55,868 nt of DNA from an uncultured Halobacteriales archaeon (lineage in GTDB: Archaea; Halobacteriota; Halobacteria; Halobacteriales; Haloarculaceae): positions 1-55,868 of the forward strand of contig CAYUFG010000001.1 of assembly GCA_964443815.1 (NCBI GenBank), read 5' to 3'. Of this stretch, positions 44,968 to 53,361 are shown in pieces (positions within the stretch are counted from its first letter, which is position 1; each line of letters opens with the position of its first letter). The notes under the pieces were generated by a model that saw nothing but the letters and a program-made list of their open reading frames with translations, was not told the origin of the DNA and ran no database searches. A program made the translations under genes and the position numbers.

Positions 44968-46203
44968 TCACTCATCGGCCGAGAGGACGCCCGCCTCCCG
45001 CAGTGCCGCGATCTCGGCGTCGTCGTAGCCGGCCTCCCGGAGGACGCTTTCGTTGTCCTCCCCACGCAGCGGGGCGTGGGATCTGACGGTCGGCTCTTGG
45101 CGGGAGAGCGACAGCGGCGAGTCCGTCACCCGGACCGACCCCAGCCGTGGGTGGTCGACGTCGACGAACGCGTCGGTCGCCTCGTTGTGTTCGAGTCGGG
45201 CAGCCTCCGAGATGGTGTTGTGCCGGGCGGCGGGAATGTTCTTCTCGCGGAGCTGTTCGAGCGCCTCGTCGACGGTCCGCTCGGCCAGCCACTCCTCGAA
45301 GATGGCGGTGAACTTCGCCGAGTCGGCCATCCGCTCCGCGTCGTCCTCGTAGCGGGGCTCCTCGAGCAGGTCCTCCCGACCGACGAGGTCACAGAACGCG
45401 GTCCAGATGCGATCCGAGTACACCAGCAAGGCGACGGCCACCCAGCCGTCTTTCGCCTCGGCTGCGCCGTAGAGCATGTCCGGTAGCGCGAAGTTGTTGC
45501 GACCTCCACGAGGGATCTCCTCGCCGGTGTTGAGGTGGTACTCGAAGGCGCCGTCGGCGGCGTGCATCGTCGACTGGAGCATGGAGATGTCGACCTTCTG
45601 GCCGCCATTGCCGCGTTCGGCGTCACGGAGGGCCGCGAGCGCACTCAGCGCCGCGTTGTAGCCGGCGTAGAAGTCCGCTACCGAGGACTGTGACCGGATG
45701 GGCGGGTCGCCCTCGTAGCCGAGCGTGCTCGCGAACCCGGAGACGTGCTGGACGATGCTGTCCATCGCGGGCTGGTTCGCGGCCGGCCCGGTCTCGCCGT
45801 AGCCGCTGACGTGGACGTACACCAGATCGGGGTTGTGTGCCGCGAGCGTCTCGTAGTCGAGGCCGAGCTTGCCGGCGACGCCCGGCGGCCAGTTCTGCAC
45901 CACGATGTCGGTCTTCTCGACGAGGTCGTACACGATCTCCAGACCCTCGTCGGACTTGACGTCGAGCGACAACCCTCGCTTGTTGCGGTTGTAGACCTCG
46001 AAGGGTGGGTTGAATCCGATGCCGTCCTTCTCGCGGCGGTTGATCCGGTAGACGTCACCGGCCGGTCGTTCCACCTTGACGACGTCCGCGCCGAGGTCGG
46101 CGAGGAAGGTCGCACAGATCGGCCCCGCGATCGCCTGGCCGAAGTCCAGCACGGAGACGTCCGAGAGCGGCAGGTTGCCAGCGTCCATGTGCCACCGATC
46201 CAC
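44968..46203 (-). CDS. Family III (CaiB/BaiF) CoA-transferase
   Basis: 411 aa with VSVLDFGQAIAGPICATFLADLGADVVKVERP and HVSGYGETGPAANQPAMDSIVQHVSG. Confidence 0.9.
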   Translation of the reverse strand: MDRWHMDAGNLPLSDVSVLDFGQAIAGPICATFLADLGADVVKVERPAGDVYRINRREKDGIGFNPPFEVYNRNKRGLSLDVKSDEGLEIVYDLVEKTDIVVQNWPPGVAGKLGLDYETLAAHNPDLVYVHVSGYGETGPAANQPAMDSIVQHVSGFASTLGYEGDPPIRSQSSVADFYAGYNAALSALAALRDAERGNGGQKVDISMLQSTMHAADGAFEYHLNTGEEIPRGGRNNFALPDMLYGAAEAKDGWVAVALLVYSDRIWTAFCDLVGREDLLEEPRYEDDAERMADSAKFTAIFEEWLAERTVDEALEQLREKNIPAARHNTISEAARLEHNEATDAFVDVDHPRLGSVRVTDSPLSLSRQEPTVRSHAPLRGEDNESVLREAGYDDAEIAALREAGVLSADE

Positions 46204-46227
46204 GAGGGAGCCGCCTACCTCTTTCGA

Positions 46228-47004
46228 TCACTCCGGCCGATCGTACGCCGGTTCGCGATCCGCCTCGAGTGCGGCGACTGCCTCCGCGTGCTCGGCGTCG
46301 GTGACGCAGTTCCACTGGGCGTCGATCGACGCGGAGAAGTACGCCTCGAGGTCGCCCTCGAACCCAACGAGGTCGTTCGTCTCCCGGACCGCGCGGGCGG
46401 GGCGGTCGACCAGCCGGGTGGCGAACTCGACTGCGGCCGTTGTGGGGTCGTCGACGACGTCGACCGCGAGCCCGAACTCCCGGAGTTTGGCCGCCTCGAT
46501 GTCGTCACCGGGGAGGAGATACCGCCTGGTCCGAGCCCGGCCGATCTCCCGAGCGAGCAGCCACGCCGACCCGTCGGCGGGGGTGATCCCGAGCCGGGTG
46601 AAACTCGGGCGAAGATAGGCCCGTTCGCTCGCGTACATCAGGTCGGCGCCGAGCGCCAACCCGCATCCACCACCCACGGCCGGACCGTCAACAGCCGCGA
46701 TCGTCGGCGTCGAGCTCGACTTCAGCTGTCGGACGCAGTGCTGGTAGTTGCGGAGAAAGCTCGCGTACTCGGCCCGGCTCAGTTCCTCCCACCCGGGCAC
46801 GTCGTTCGTGTCGACGCCCGCACAGAAGCCGTCGCCGGCCCCTGCCAACACGATCGCGTAGACGTCGGCGTCATCGCGAGCAGCACGGAGGCGGTCGTTG
46901 AGGGCGTCGAGCAGTTCGGTATTCAGGGCGTTGTACGTTGCCGGTCGGTCGAGCGTGACCGTGGCGACGCCCGCGTCGGTTTCGTACCTCACCGGGTGGG
47001 TCAT
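46228..47004 (-). CDS. Enoyl-CoA hydratase/isomerase (crotonase) family protein, non-canonical active site
   Basis: 258 aa with VATVTLDRPATYNAL, GFCAGVD and AAVDGPAVGGGCGLALGADL. Both positions of the canonical hydratase glutamates appear substituted (GGGCG, RPSFTRLG). Confidence 0.85.
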   Translation of the reverse strand: MTHPVRYETDAGVATVTLDRPATYNALNTELLDALNDRLRAARDDADVYAIVLAGAGDGFCAGVDTNDVPGWEELSRAEYASFLRNYQHCVRQLKSSSTPTIAAVDGPAVGGGCGLALGADLMYASERAYLRPSFTRLGITPADGSAWLLAREIGRARTRRYLLPGDDIEAAKLREFGLAVDVVDDPTTAAVEFATRLVDRPARAVRETNDLVGFEGDLEAYFSASIDAQWNCVTDAEHAEAVAALEADREPAYDRPE

Positions 47005-47043
47005 GCTCCCGCTGTGTCGCGCCGCGGGTTTGCGTTTCCGGTT

Positions 47044-48249
47044 TCAGTAGGACTTCGGCAGCCCCAGCACCTGCTCGCCGACGTAGTTCAGGACGAGCTC
47101 CTGGGTGATCGGCACGAGCTTCGTGAGCCGCGCCTCGCGGAAGTACCGCTCGACGTCGTACTCGGTCGCGATGCCGAAGCCGCCGTGGGTCTGGACCGCG
47201 GCGTCCGCCGCCTCGTAACACGCCTCCGCGGCCAGGTACTTCGCCATGTTCGCCCGGGCGCCGACCGCCTTCGCGTCGCCGCCCTCGACCTGGTCGGCCG
47301 TCTGGTAGGTGAGCGCCTTCGCTCCCTCGAGTTGGGCGTGGGCCGACGCGAGGGGGTGCTGGATCGCTTGGTTCTTGCCGATCGCCCGACCGAACACCTC
47401 GCGGCTGTCGGCGTACTCGACGGCCCGCTCGATGGCGAGTTCGCCCAGCCCGAGCGCCTCCGCGGCGACGACCGTCCGCTCCTCGTTCAGGCCGTCGAGC
47501 ACCTGGTAGAAGCCGTTGCCCTCCTCGCCGATCAGCGCGTCCTCGGGGATGCGGACGCCGTCGAACCACATCTCGAAGGAGTTGACCATGTCGCTGGCGG
47601 ACTTGGGGATCTTCTCGTACTCGAGCGTCCCCGCGGAGACGGCGGCTTCGATGTCAACCAGGAACATCGAGATACCACGGGTGGGTTTGTCCACCTCGTC
47701 GACGGGCGTCGTCCGCGCGATGACGACCGCGTAGTCGCTCACGTCGACGCGGGAAGTCCAGATCTTCTGCCCCTCGATCACCCACTCGTCGCCGTCTCTC
47801 TCGGCCGTCGTCTCGATCGACGTCGAGTCCGAGCCGGCGTTCGGCTCGGTGAGACAGAACGCCTGGATCGATACGTCGCCGTTGGCCACCTTCGGCAGTA
47901 GCTCCTCCTTGCGTTCCTCGCTGCCGTAGTTGACGATCGGCACCGAGTTGTAGATGGCGCCGTGGATCGCCTGCGCGCCGGAGAACCCCGCCCCGCCCGC
48001 GGCGATCTCCTCCATCATGACCGTCACCTCGGGCGTGCCGAAGCCCTCACCGCCGTACTCCGGCGGGATGGCGACGCCCAGCCACCCGCCATCGACGAGT
48101 TCGTCGACGAACTCGTGGGGGTACTCGTGGTTGACCGACCGCTGTCGCCAGTACTCCCGGTCGAAGTCGTCACAGATCGCGCGGATGTTCTTCCGGACGA
48201 GTCGCTGGGCCTCGGACATGGGCGGCTCGGACCCGAGTTTCGCGCTCAT
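47044..48249 (-). CDS. Acyl-CoA dehydrogenase
   Basis: 401 aa; an alternative start is MSEAQRLV at 48219. Motifs are CLTEPNAGSDSTSIET...VIEGQKIWTS, GNGFYQVLDGLNEERTVVAAEALGLGELAIE, REVFGRAIGKNQAIQHPLA and THGGFGIATEYDVERYF. Confidence 0.9.
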   Translation of the reverse strand: MSAKLGSEPPMSEAQRLVRKNIRAICDDFDREYWRQRSVNHEYPHEFVDELVDGGWLGVAIPPEYGGEGFGTPEVTVMMEEIAAGGAGFSGAQAIHGAIYNSVPIVNYGSEERKEELLPKVANGDVSIQAFCLTEPNAGSDSTSIETTAERDGDEWVIEGQKIWTSRVDVSDYAVVIARTTPVDEVDKPTRGISMFLVDIEAAVSAGTLEYEKIPKSASDMVNSFEMWFDGVRIPEDALIGEEGNGFYQVLDGLNEERTVVAAEALGLGELAIERAVEYADSREVFGRAIGKNQAIQHPLASAHAQLEGAKALTYQTADQVEGGDAKAVGARANMAKYLAAEACYEAADAAVQTHGGFGIATEYDVERYFREARLTKLVPITQELVLNYVGEQVLGLPKSY

Positions 48250-48298
48250 ACCCGAGCCTCGGGCCGTGCGCTTAAATTTCTGCCACTCTCCGGCCCGC

Positions 48299-49297
48299 CT
48301 ACTCGCCGATGCGCTCCTCCACCTGCGGGATCACCTCGTCGCCGAACCGTTCCATCGCCGCGAGCGTCTCTGCTTGGGGGATATCGGGCCGGTGCATGTA
48401 GATGATCAGGCAGTCGATGCCGAGGTCGTCGTGGAGGTGGACGATCCGGTCGGCGACGGTCTCCGGCGAGCCGATGAGGAACTGGTCGAGCCCGGCGGCG
48501 TCGAGATCGACCGCCTCGGGCGTCTCCATCGCCTCCCCCTGGCCGGCCCGCTCGTACCAGTCGTAGAACTCCTTGATGTACGGCTCGTACGTCGAGAGGG
48601 CGTCTTCGTCGGTCTCGCCGACGAAGCCGTCCTTGATCGCGGGCTGGAGGCCGTGCCAGCCATCGCCGGCCGGCGGATCGATCAGGCCGAGCTGCCGTTC
48701 GATGACGTCCTCCTTGTCGTGAGGGTTGACGAGCCAGGCCGAGCCCTGCTCGCTCGCTCGCTTGACGGCGGCGTCCTTGTTCGCGCCGATCCACAGCGGC
48801 GGGTGGGGATCCTGGACGGGCTTCGGATTCGCCGTCGCGCCGTCTAGCTGGTAGAACTCGCCGTCGAAGTGGACGTCGTCCTCGGTCCAGAGCCGTTTGA
48901 CGACCTCGACGCTCTCGGCGACCCGCTGACCGCGCTCACGCCGGTCGACGCCGAATGCCTCGAACTCCTCCTTCCGGTAGCCGCCGATGGGCCCGAGAAT
49001 GACGCCGCCGTCGGTCATCGCGTCGATCGTGGCGAACTGCTCGGCCACCTCGACGGGGTGGACGAGCGGCATGATCACGTTCGCGCCGACCCGGAGATCG
49101 ACCTCGCCGGCGAACCGCGAGATGGCGGGGACGACCTGGAACTTCTGGCGGTCCTCCAGGAGGAAGTGCTGGCCCGCCCAGAGGAGATCGAAGCCGACGG
49201 ATTCGGCCAGCCGGGCCTGCTCCAAGGCCTGGTCGAAGTTGTCGTTTGGCGCCGCGTCGTAGGCGTGGTGGCCGATCAGGTTGATACCGAACTTCAT
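48299..49297 (-). CDS. LLM class flavin/F420-dependent oxidoreductase
   Basis: 332 aa with MKFGINLIGHH, VGFDLLWAGQHF, ERGQRVAESVEVVKRLW and ERFGDEVIPQV. Confidence 0.85.
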   Translation of the reverse strand: MKFGINLIGHHAYDAAPNDNFDQALEQARLAESVGFDLLWAGQHFLLEDRQKFQVVPAISRFAGEVDLRVGANVIMPLVHPVEVAEQFATIDAMTDGGVILGPIGGYRKEEFEAFGVDRRERGQRVAESVEVVKRLWTEDDVHFDGEFYQLDGATANPKPVQDPHPPLWIGANKDAAVKRASEQGSAWLVNPHDKEDVIERQLGLIDPPAGDGWHGLQPAIKDGFVGETDEDALSTYEPYIKEFYDWYERAGQGEAMETPEAVDLDAAGLDQFLIGSPETVADRIVHLHDDLGIDCLIIYMHRPDIPQAETLAAMERFGDEVIPQVEERIGE

Positions 49298-49336
49298 CCC
49301 GTACCCCTATCCATGCCCGGACCGAGAACCTTCGGG

Positions 49337-50311
49337 TCAGAGATCCGCGAGAGCCGCGAACCGCGACAGCTGGCGGCGCTGGTCGGGCGCCGTAAAGCGG
49401 ACGGCGAAGTGCTCGACGCCGGCCGCCTTGAACGCCTCGAGGCGCTCGGCGACGTGTTCGGCCGGGCCGAAGGCACCCGTCTTCCGCATGTAGTCGTCGG
49501 GTCGCTCCGGGCGGGCGGGGTAGTACCGCGCGTAGAACTCCTTCGCCGTGTCGAGTGCCCGCCGCTCGTCCTCGTCGACGACCACGTCGAGGTACAGCGC
49601 CTTGTCGACCGAGTTCGGGTCTCGGTCGGCGTCTTCGAGGATGGACTCGACGCCCTCGCGGGCGGTCGCGTAGTCCTCGGGCGTCAGCCCGATGGGCAGC
49701 CAGCCGCCGCCGTACTCCGCGAGCCGCCGGCGGATGGGTGTGGGATAGCCCTCCGTCGGGTCGAAGGCCGCCGTGGGAATGTAGATCGGCGGATCCCGAA
49801 CCGGGCCGAAGCCGATGCTTGCGTCGTCGAGGGTGACGTGGTCGCCGTCGTAGTCGACCGCCTCGCCGGACCACAGCGCCGTGACGACGTCGAGGAGTTC
49901 GTCCATCCGCCGGCCGCGGGTCCCGAAGTCGAGGTCGAGGTTGGCGTACTCGGCCTCGACGTCGCTGCCCGAGCCGACGCCGATGCCCAGCGCGAGCCGG
50001 CCGCCGCTGAGCTGGTCGACGGTCGCGGAGAGATGCGCGACGTGGACGGGATCACGCAGCGGCGGGAGGTACACTGCCGTCCCCAACTGGACGGACTCGG
50101 TGGCCGTCCCGACGGCCGCGAGCGTCGACAGCGGCTCGTGTCGCGGCTTCGCGAGGACGCTGTCGCCGACCCAGACCGACCGAAAGCCCGACGCCTCCGC
50201 CCGTTCGGCCAGCCCGATCACGTCCGCCTGCGTCTTCGCCGCCAGCGTCTGGTCGTCGTCGCTCGATAGCACACTGCCACGCGTCGGCAGGAGATAGCCG
50301 TAGTCTACCAT
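49337..50311 (-). CDS. LLM class F420-dependent oxidoreductase
   Basis: 324 aa with MVDYGYLLPTRG, SGFRSVWVGDSV, LGTAVYLPPLRDPVHVAHLSATVDQLSGGRLALGIGVG and GGGWLP. It is 39 bp upstream of the next LLM gene on the same strand. Confidence 0.85.
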   Translation of the reverse strand: MVDYGYLLPTRGSVLSSDDDQTLAAKTQADVIGLAERAEASGFRSVWVGDSVLAKPRHEPLSTLAAVGTATESVQLGTAVYLPPLRDPVHVAHLSATVDQLSGGRLALGIGVGSGSDVEAEYANLDLDFGTRGRRMDELLDVVTALWSGEAVDYDGDHVTLDDASIGFGPVRDPPIYIPTAAFDPTEGYPTPIRRRLAEYGGGWLPIGLTPEDYATAREGVESILEDADRDPNSVDKALYLDVVVDEDERRALDTAKEFYARYYPARPERPDDYMRKTGAFGPAEHVAERLEAFKAAGVEHFAVRFTAPDQRRQLSRFAALADL

Positions 50312-50440
50312 ACCGGCCGTCGGTCCGCCTGGTACAAAGGTGCGGTGACACGCCTCAACCGGATGGCCACGTGGCCGGTCGTGTCGAGGAATCGACGACC
50401 GGTGCCGATTTGGTCTTCGCTTGGGTAGCCCCGCTATCGG

Positions 50441-51136
50441 ATGTCTCGCCGGGACTTCAGTGACGGCGTTCGGGCCGTACTCCCGCTGCTGCCTGGCTTT
50501 GCTCCCTTCGGTCTGATCGTGGGCGTCGCGTCGCGGGAGCTCGGGCTGTCCATCCTCGAGGTGACCGGCTTCTCGCTGCTCATGTTCGCTGGGACGGCGC
50601 AGTTGGCGGCCGTCGAACTCTTGGGCCAGGGCGCGCCGGTCTGGGTGATCGTGGTGACGGCGCTATTGATCAACGCGCGGTTCTCGATGTTCAGTGCCGC
50701 TCTCGAGCCGTACGTCCGCTCGTTTTCGCGGCCGTGGACGTGGGTCGCCGGCTTTTTGGTCACGACGCCGACGTTCGTCCTCTCCACTGCGGAGTTCGAT
50801 AGCGACCGCGACCGCGCCCGGGAGTGGTACTACCTCGGAACCGGCCTGCCGCTGTACGCCAACTGGGTGCTGACGACGACGGTCGGCGCCGTCGTCGGGG
50901 CGAGTGTCCCCCAGGGACTCCGCCTCGATTTCGTCGTCCCGCTCGTCTTCCTCGCGCTCCTGTTCGACGTGGTCTCGGACCGCGGAACGCTCGTTGCGGC
51001 CGTCACTGCCGGTCTCGTCGCCGTCGCCGCCGCGGGAATGCCGGCCAACCTTGGCCTCCTCGTCGCCGCACTCGTCGGCATGGGCGTCGGATACGTCTCG
51101 GATCGCGGGGGTGAGCCGGATGGCCTCGGCGCCTGA
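50441..51136 (+). CDS. azlC: AzlC-family branched-chain amino acid permease subunit
   Basis: 231 aa with LPGFAPFGLIVGV, SLLMFAGTAQLAAVELL and LLINARFSMFSAAL, matching the AzlC pattern. Confidence 0.8.
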   Translation: MSRRDFSDGVRAVLPLLPGFAPFGLIVGVASRELGLSILEVTGFSLLMFAGTAQLAAVELLGQGAPVWVIVVTALLINARFSMFSAALEPYVRSFSRPWTWVAGFLVTTPTFVLSTAEFDSDRDRAREWYYLGTGLPLYANWVLTTTVGAVVGASVPQGLRLDFVVPLVFLALLFDVVSDRGTLVAAVTAGLVAVAAAGMPANLGLLVAALVGMGVGYVSDRGGEPDGLGA

Positions 51137-51455
51137 TCCCGCGTTCTACTGGGGGCTCGTGGCCGTCCTCGCCGTGGGGACGTTTTTCGTCCGGCTGTCG
51201 TTCCTCGAGGTCTTCACCTGGCTCGAGTCCGTCCCGGACTGGCTCGAGCGAGCGCTGCGGTACGTCCCCGCTGCCGTCCTCGCTGCCATCCTCGTCCCCC
51301 GGGTCGTCTTCGCCGATGGGACGCTACTGGTGGGGCTCGGCAACGAGAAGTTGCTGGCGCTCTTCCCCGCGGCGATCGTGGCCTGGTACACCGAGAACAT
51401 CCTCGCGACCGTGACTGCGGGGATGGCCGTCCTCTGGGCGCTGACGCTTCTCTAA
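51120..51455 (+). CDS. azlD: AzlD-family small membrane protein
   Basis: I start at ATG 51120, giving 111 aa. It has 3-4 hydrophobic segments (GTFFVRLSFL...YVPAAVLAAILVP...) and overlaps the azlC stop by 17 nt, as is typical for azlCD pairs. Confidence 0.7.
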   Translation: MASAPDPAFYWGLVAVLAVGTFFVRLSFLEVFTWLESVPDWLERALRYVPAAVLAAILVPRVVFADGTLLVGLGNEKLLALFPAAIVAWYTENILATVTAGMAVLWALTLL

Positions 51456-52333
51456 CGCCACTGGTGGCCGTGGGATGAGGCGTAGTCACGGTACAGGGAC
51501 GTCAACTCGCGGGTGATCGGACCGGGCGAGCCGTCGGCGACCGTTCGGCCGTCGACGCTCGTGACGGGCGCGATCTCCGACATCGTGCTGGTGAGGAAAG
51601 CCTCGTCGGCGGTGACGAAGTCGTAGGGTGTCAGGCGCTCCTCGCTGGTCTCGATGCCCGCGTCGTCGGCGAGCCCGAGGACCGTCTGCCTCGTGATTCC
51701 GTTGAGCACGTTCTGTCGCGTCGGCGTCTGGAGGACGCCGTCGTCGACACAGAAGAGGTTGCCCGCACACGCCTCGGCGACGTAGCCGTCCGCGTCGAGC
51801 AGGACGCCGTCGTCGGCGTCGCCGTCGAACACCTCGAGCTTCGCGAGGATGTTGTTGAGGTAGTTGTTGGACTTGATACGCGACTCGAGGTGTTCGAAGG
51901 GCGTCCGGCGGATCGAGAGCGTCTCCAGCGAGAGGCCGGCCTCGTACTGCTCGTCGCGGTACTTCGGCTCGCGGATCTGGGGGATGATGACGATCGTCGG
52001 CCCGTCGAGATCGCGGGAGTAGCCGATCCCGACGGGTCCCTCGCCGCGGGAGACTACCGGCCGCAGGTACGTCACGTCGTCGGGATTCGCCCGCAGTACC
52101 TCGGCGTGAGCCTCGGCGAATTCGGGCTTCGTCAAGGGGATGTCGATGTCGAGCATCCGCGCCGAGTCGTACAGCCGGTCGAGGTGTTCGTCGAGCGCGA
52201 AGATGCGGTCGTCGTAGACGCGTATCCCCTCGAAGCAACCGTCGCCGTAGAGGAAGGAGTGGTCGAACACCGAGACGGTCGCCTCGTCGGCCGGCACCAC
52301 GTCGCCGTCGACGTAGATCTGGAGCTCACTCAT
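51452..52333 (-). CDS. ilvE: Branched-chain amino acid aminotransferase (PLP fold type IV)
   Basis: 293 aa with FLYGDGCFEGIRVY, YLRPVVSRGEG and the catalytic-Lys region SRIKSNNYLNNILAK, plus VLNGITRQTVL. Confidence 0.85.
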   Translation of the reverse strand: MSELQIYVDGDVVPADEATVSVFDHSFLYGDGCFEGIRVYDDRIFALDEHLDRLYDSARMLDIDIPLTKPEFAEAHAEVLRANPDDVTYLRPVVSRGEGPVGIGYSRDLDGPTIVIIPQIREPKYRDEQYEAGLSLETLSIRRTPFEHLESRIKSNNYLNNILAKLEVFDGDADDGVLLDADGYVAEACAGNLFCVDDGVLQTPTRQNVLNGITRQTVLGLADDAGIETSEERLTPYDFVTADEAFLTSTMSEIAPVTSVDGRTVADGSPGPITRELTSLYRDYASSHGHQWR

Positions 52334-52415
52334 CGGTGCCGTGACTGCCGGCCCCGGTTACATAGAGGTGACGTTCCCTGCGATGGTCGGGGGATCTCCC
52401 GAACGAGCGTCGGCG

Positions 52416-53282
52416 CTAGTCGTCGTCCTTGATCGGCTCGCCGTCCTCCCAGACGTAGAAGCCCTCGCCGGACTTCTGGCCCAGCTTGCCGGCGCGGACC
52501 TTCCGCTTGAGGACCTGTGGCGGGCGGAACCGCTCGCCGAGTTCATCACGGAGGTACTCGAGGACGTCCAGCCGAACGTCGAGGCCGACGAGATCCGTCA
52601 GTTCGAGCGGGCCCATCGGGTGGTTGTACCCGAGCTCCATCGCGGTGTCGATGTCCGCCGGCGACGCCACGCCCTGCTGGACCATCCGCATCGCCTCCGT
52701 CCCCAGGGAGACGCCCAGCCGCGACGAGGCGAAGCCGGGGAAGTCCTGGACGACGATGGCCGTCTTGTCGATGTCGGCGACGAACTCCTCCGCGCGGGAT
52801 CGCGTCTCCGCCGTCGTCTGCTCGGCGACGACGATCTCGACCAACGGCATGATGTGTGCGGGGTTGAAGAAGTGCAGCCCGCAGACCCGTCCGGGGCGGT
52901 CGAGCAGGTCCGCGATCGACGTCAGGGAGATCGAGGACGTGTTCGAGGCGATGAGGGCATCGTCGTCGACGGCGTCCTCGGCCTCCGTCAGGACCGCCTC
53001 CTTGATGTCGATATCCTCGGGAACTGCCTCGATGACGGCGTCCGCGCCGGCGATATCGGCCATCGCCGTCGTGGACGTGATCCGGTCGAGCGCATCGTCG
53101 GCCTCGGCCAGGCTCAGCTTGTCGCGCTCGACGCCGCCCTCGAGGTTCGACTCGATCGTCTCGAGGGCGTCCGCGAGGATGTCCTCGTCGATGTCCCGAA
53201 GCGTGACTTCGTGGCCGGCGACGGCGCTTGCGTGAGCGATACCGTTCCCCATCGTGCCGGCACCGAGTACGGCGACGTGCAT
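52416..53282 (-). CDS. 3-hydroxyacyl-CoA (3-hydroxybutyryl-CoA) dehydrogenase
   Basis: I start at ATG 53282 (MHVAVLGAGTMGNGIA...), giving 288 aa. Motifs are ASNTSSISLT, GLHFFNPAHIMPLVEIV and GYNHPMGPLELTDLVGLD. The 5' extension of track ORF 52416-53522 is antisense to the ACAD gene. Confidence 0.9.
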   Translation of the reverse strand: MHVAVLGAGTMGNGIAHASAVAGHEVTLRDIDEDILADALETIESNLEGGVERDKLSLAEADDALDRITSTTAMADIAGADAVIEAVPEDIDIKEAVLTEAEDAVDDDALIASNTSSISLTSIADLLDRPGRVCGLHFFNPAHIMPLVEIVVAEQTTAETRSRAEEFVADIDKTAIVVQDFPGFASSRLGVSLGTEAMRMVQQGVASPADIDTAMELGYNHPMGPLELTDLVGLDVRLDVLEYLRDELGERFRPPQVLKRKVRAGKLGQKSGEGFYVWEDGEPIKDDD

Positions 53283-53361
53283 GGCCGAGTCGACAGGCGC
53301 GTCGACGTTAAGCCTTCGTCCTTCCGGGGTCTTTACGCTCCCACCCCGGGAAGCGTGCGCT

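Noticed and set aside
13328-46203. The three family III CoA-transferase homologs might be alpha-methylacyl-CoA racemases. That would make the island an isoprenoid (phytanyl-type) acid beta-oxidation system.
   Set aside because: Racemases of this family carry an AGHDINY-type His-Asp motif after the GxGQxGP segment, as I recall. The three proteins instead read ALDIIIQAFAG, SMDVVAEAMSG and AMDSIVQHVSG. That is the transferase-type (y/m)D..(a/i).QA.sG pattern without the His. The idea is not excluded for other substrates, but the sequences do not support it.
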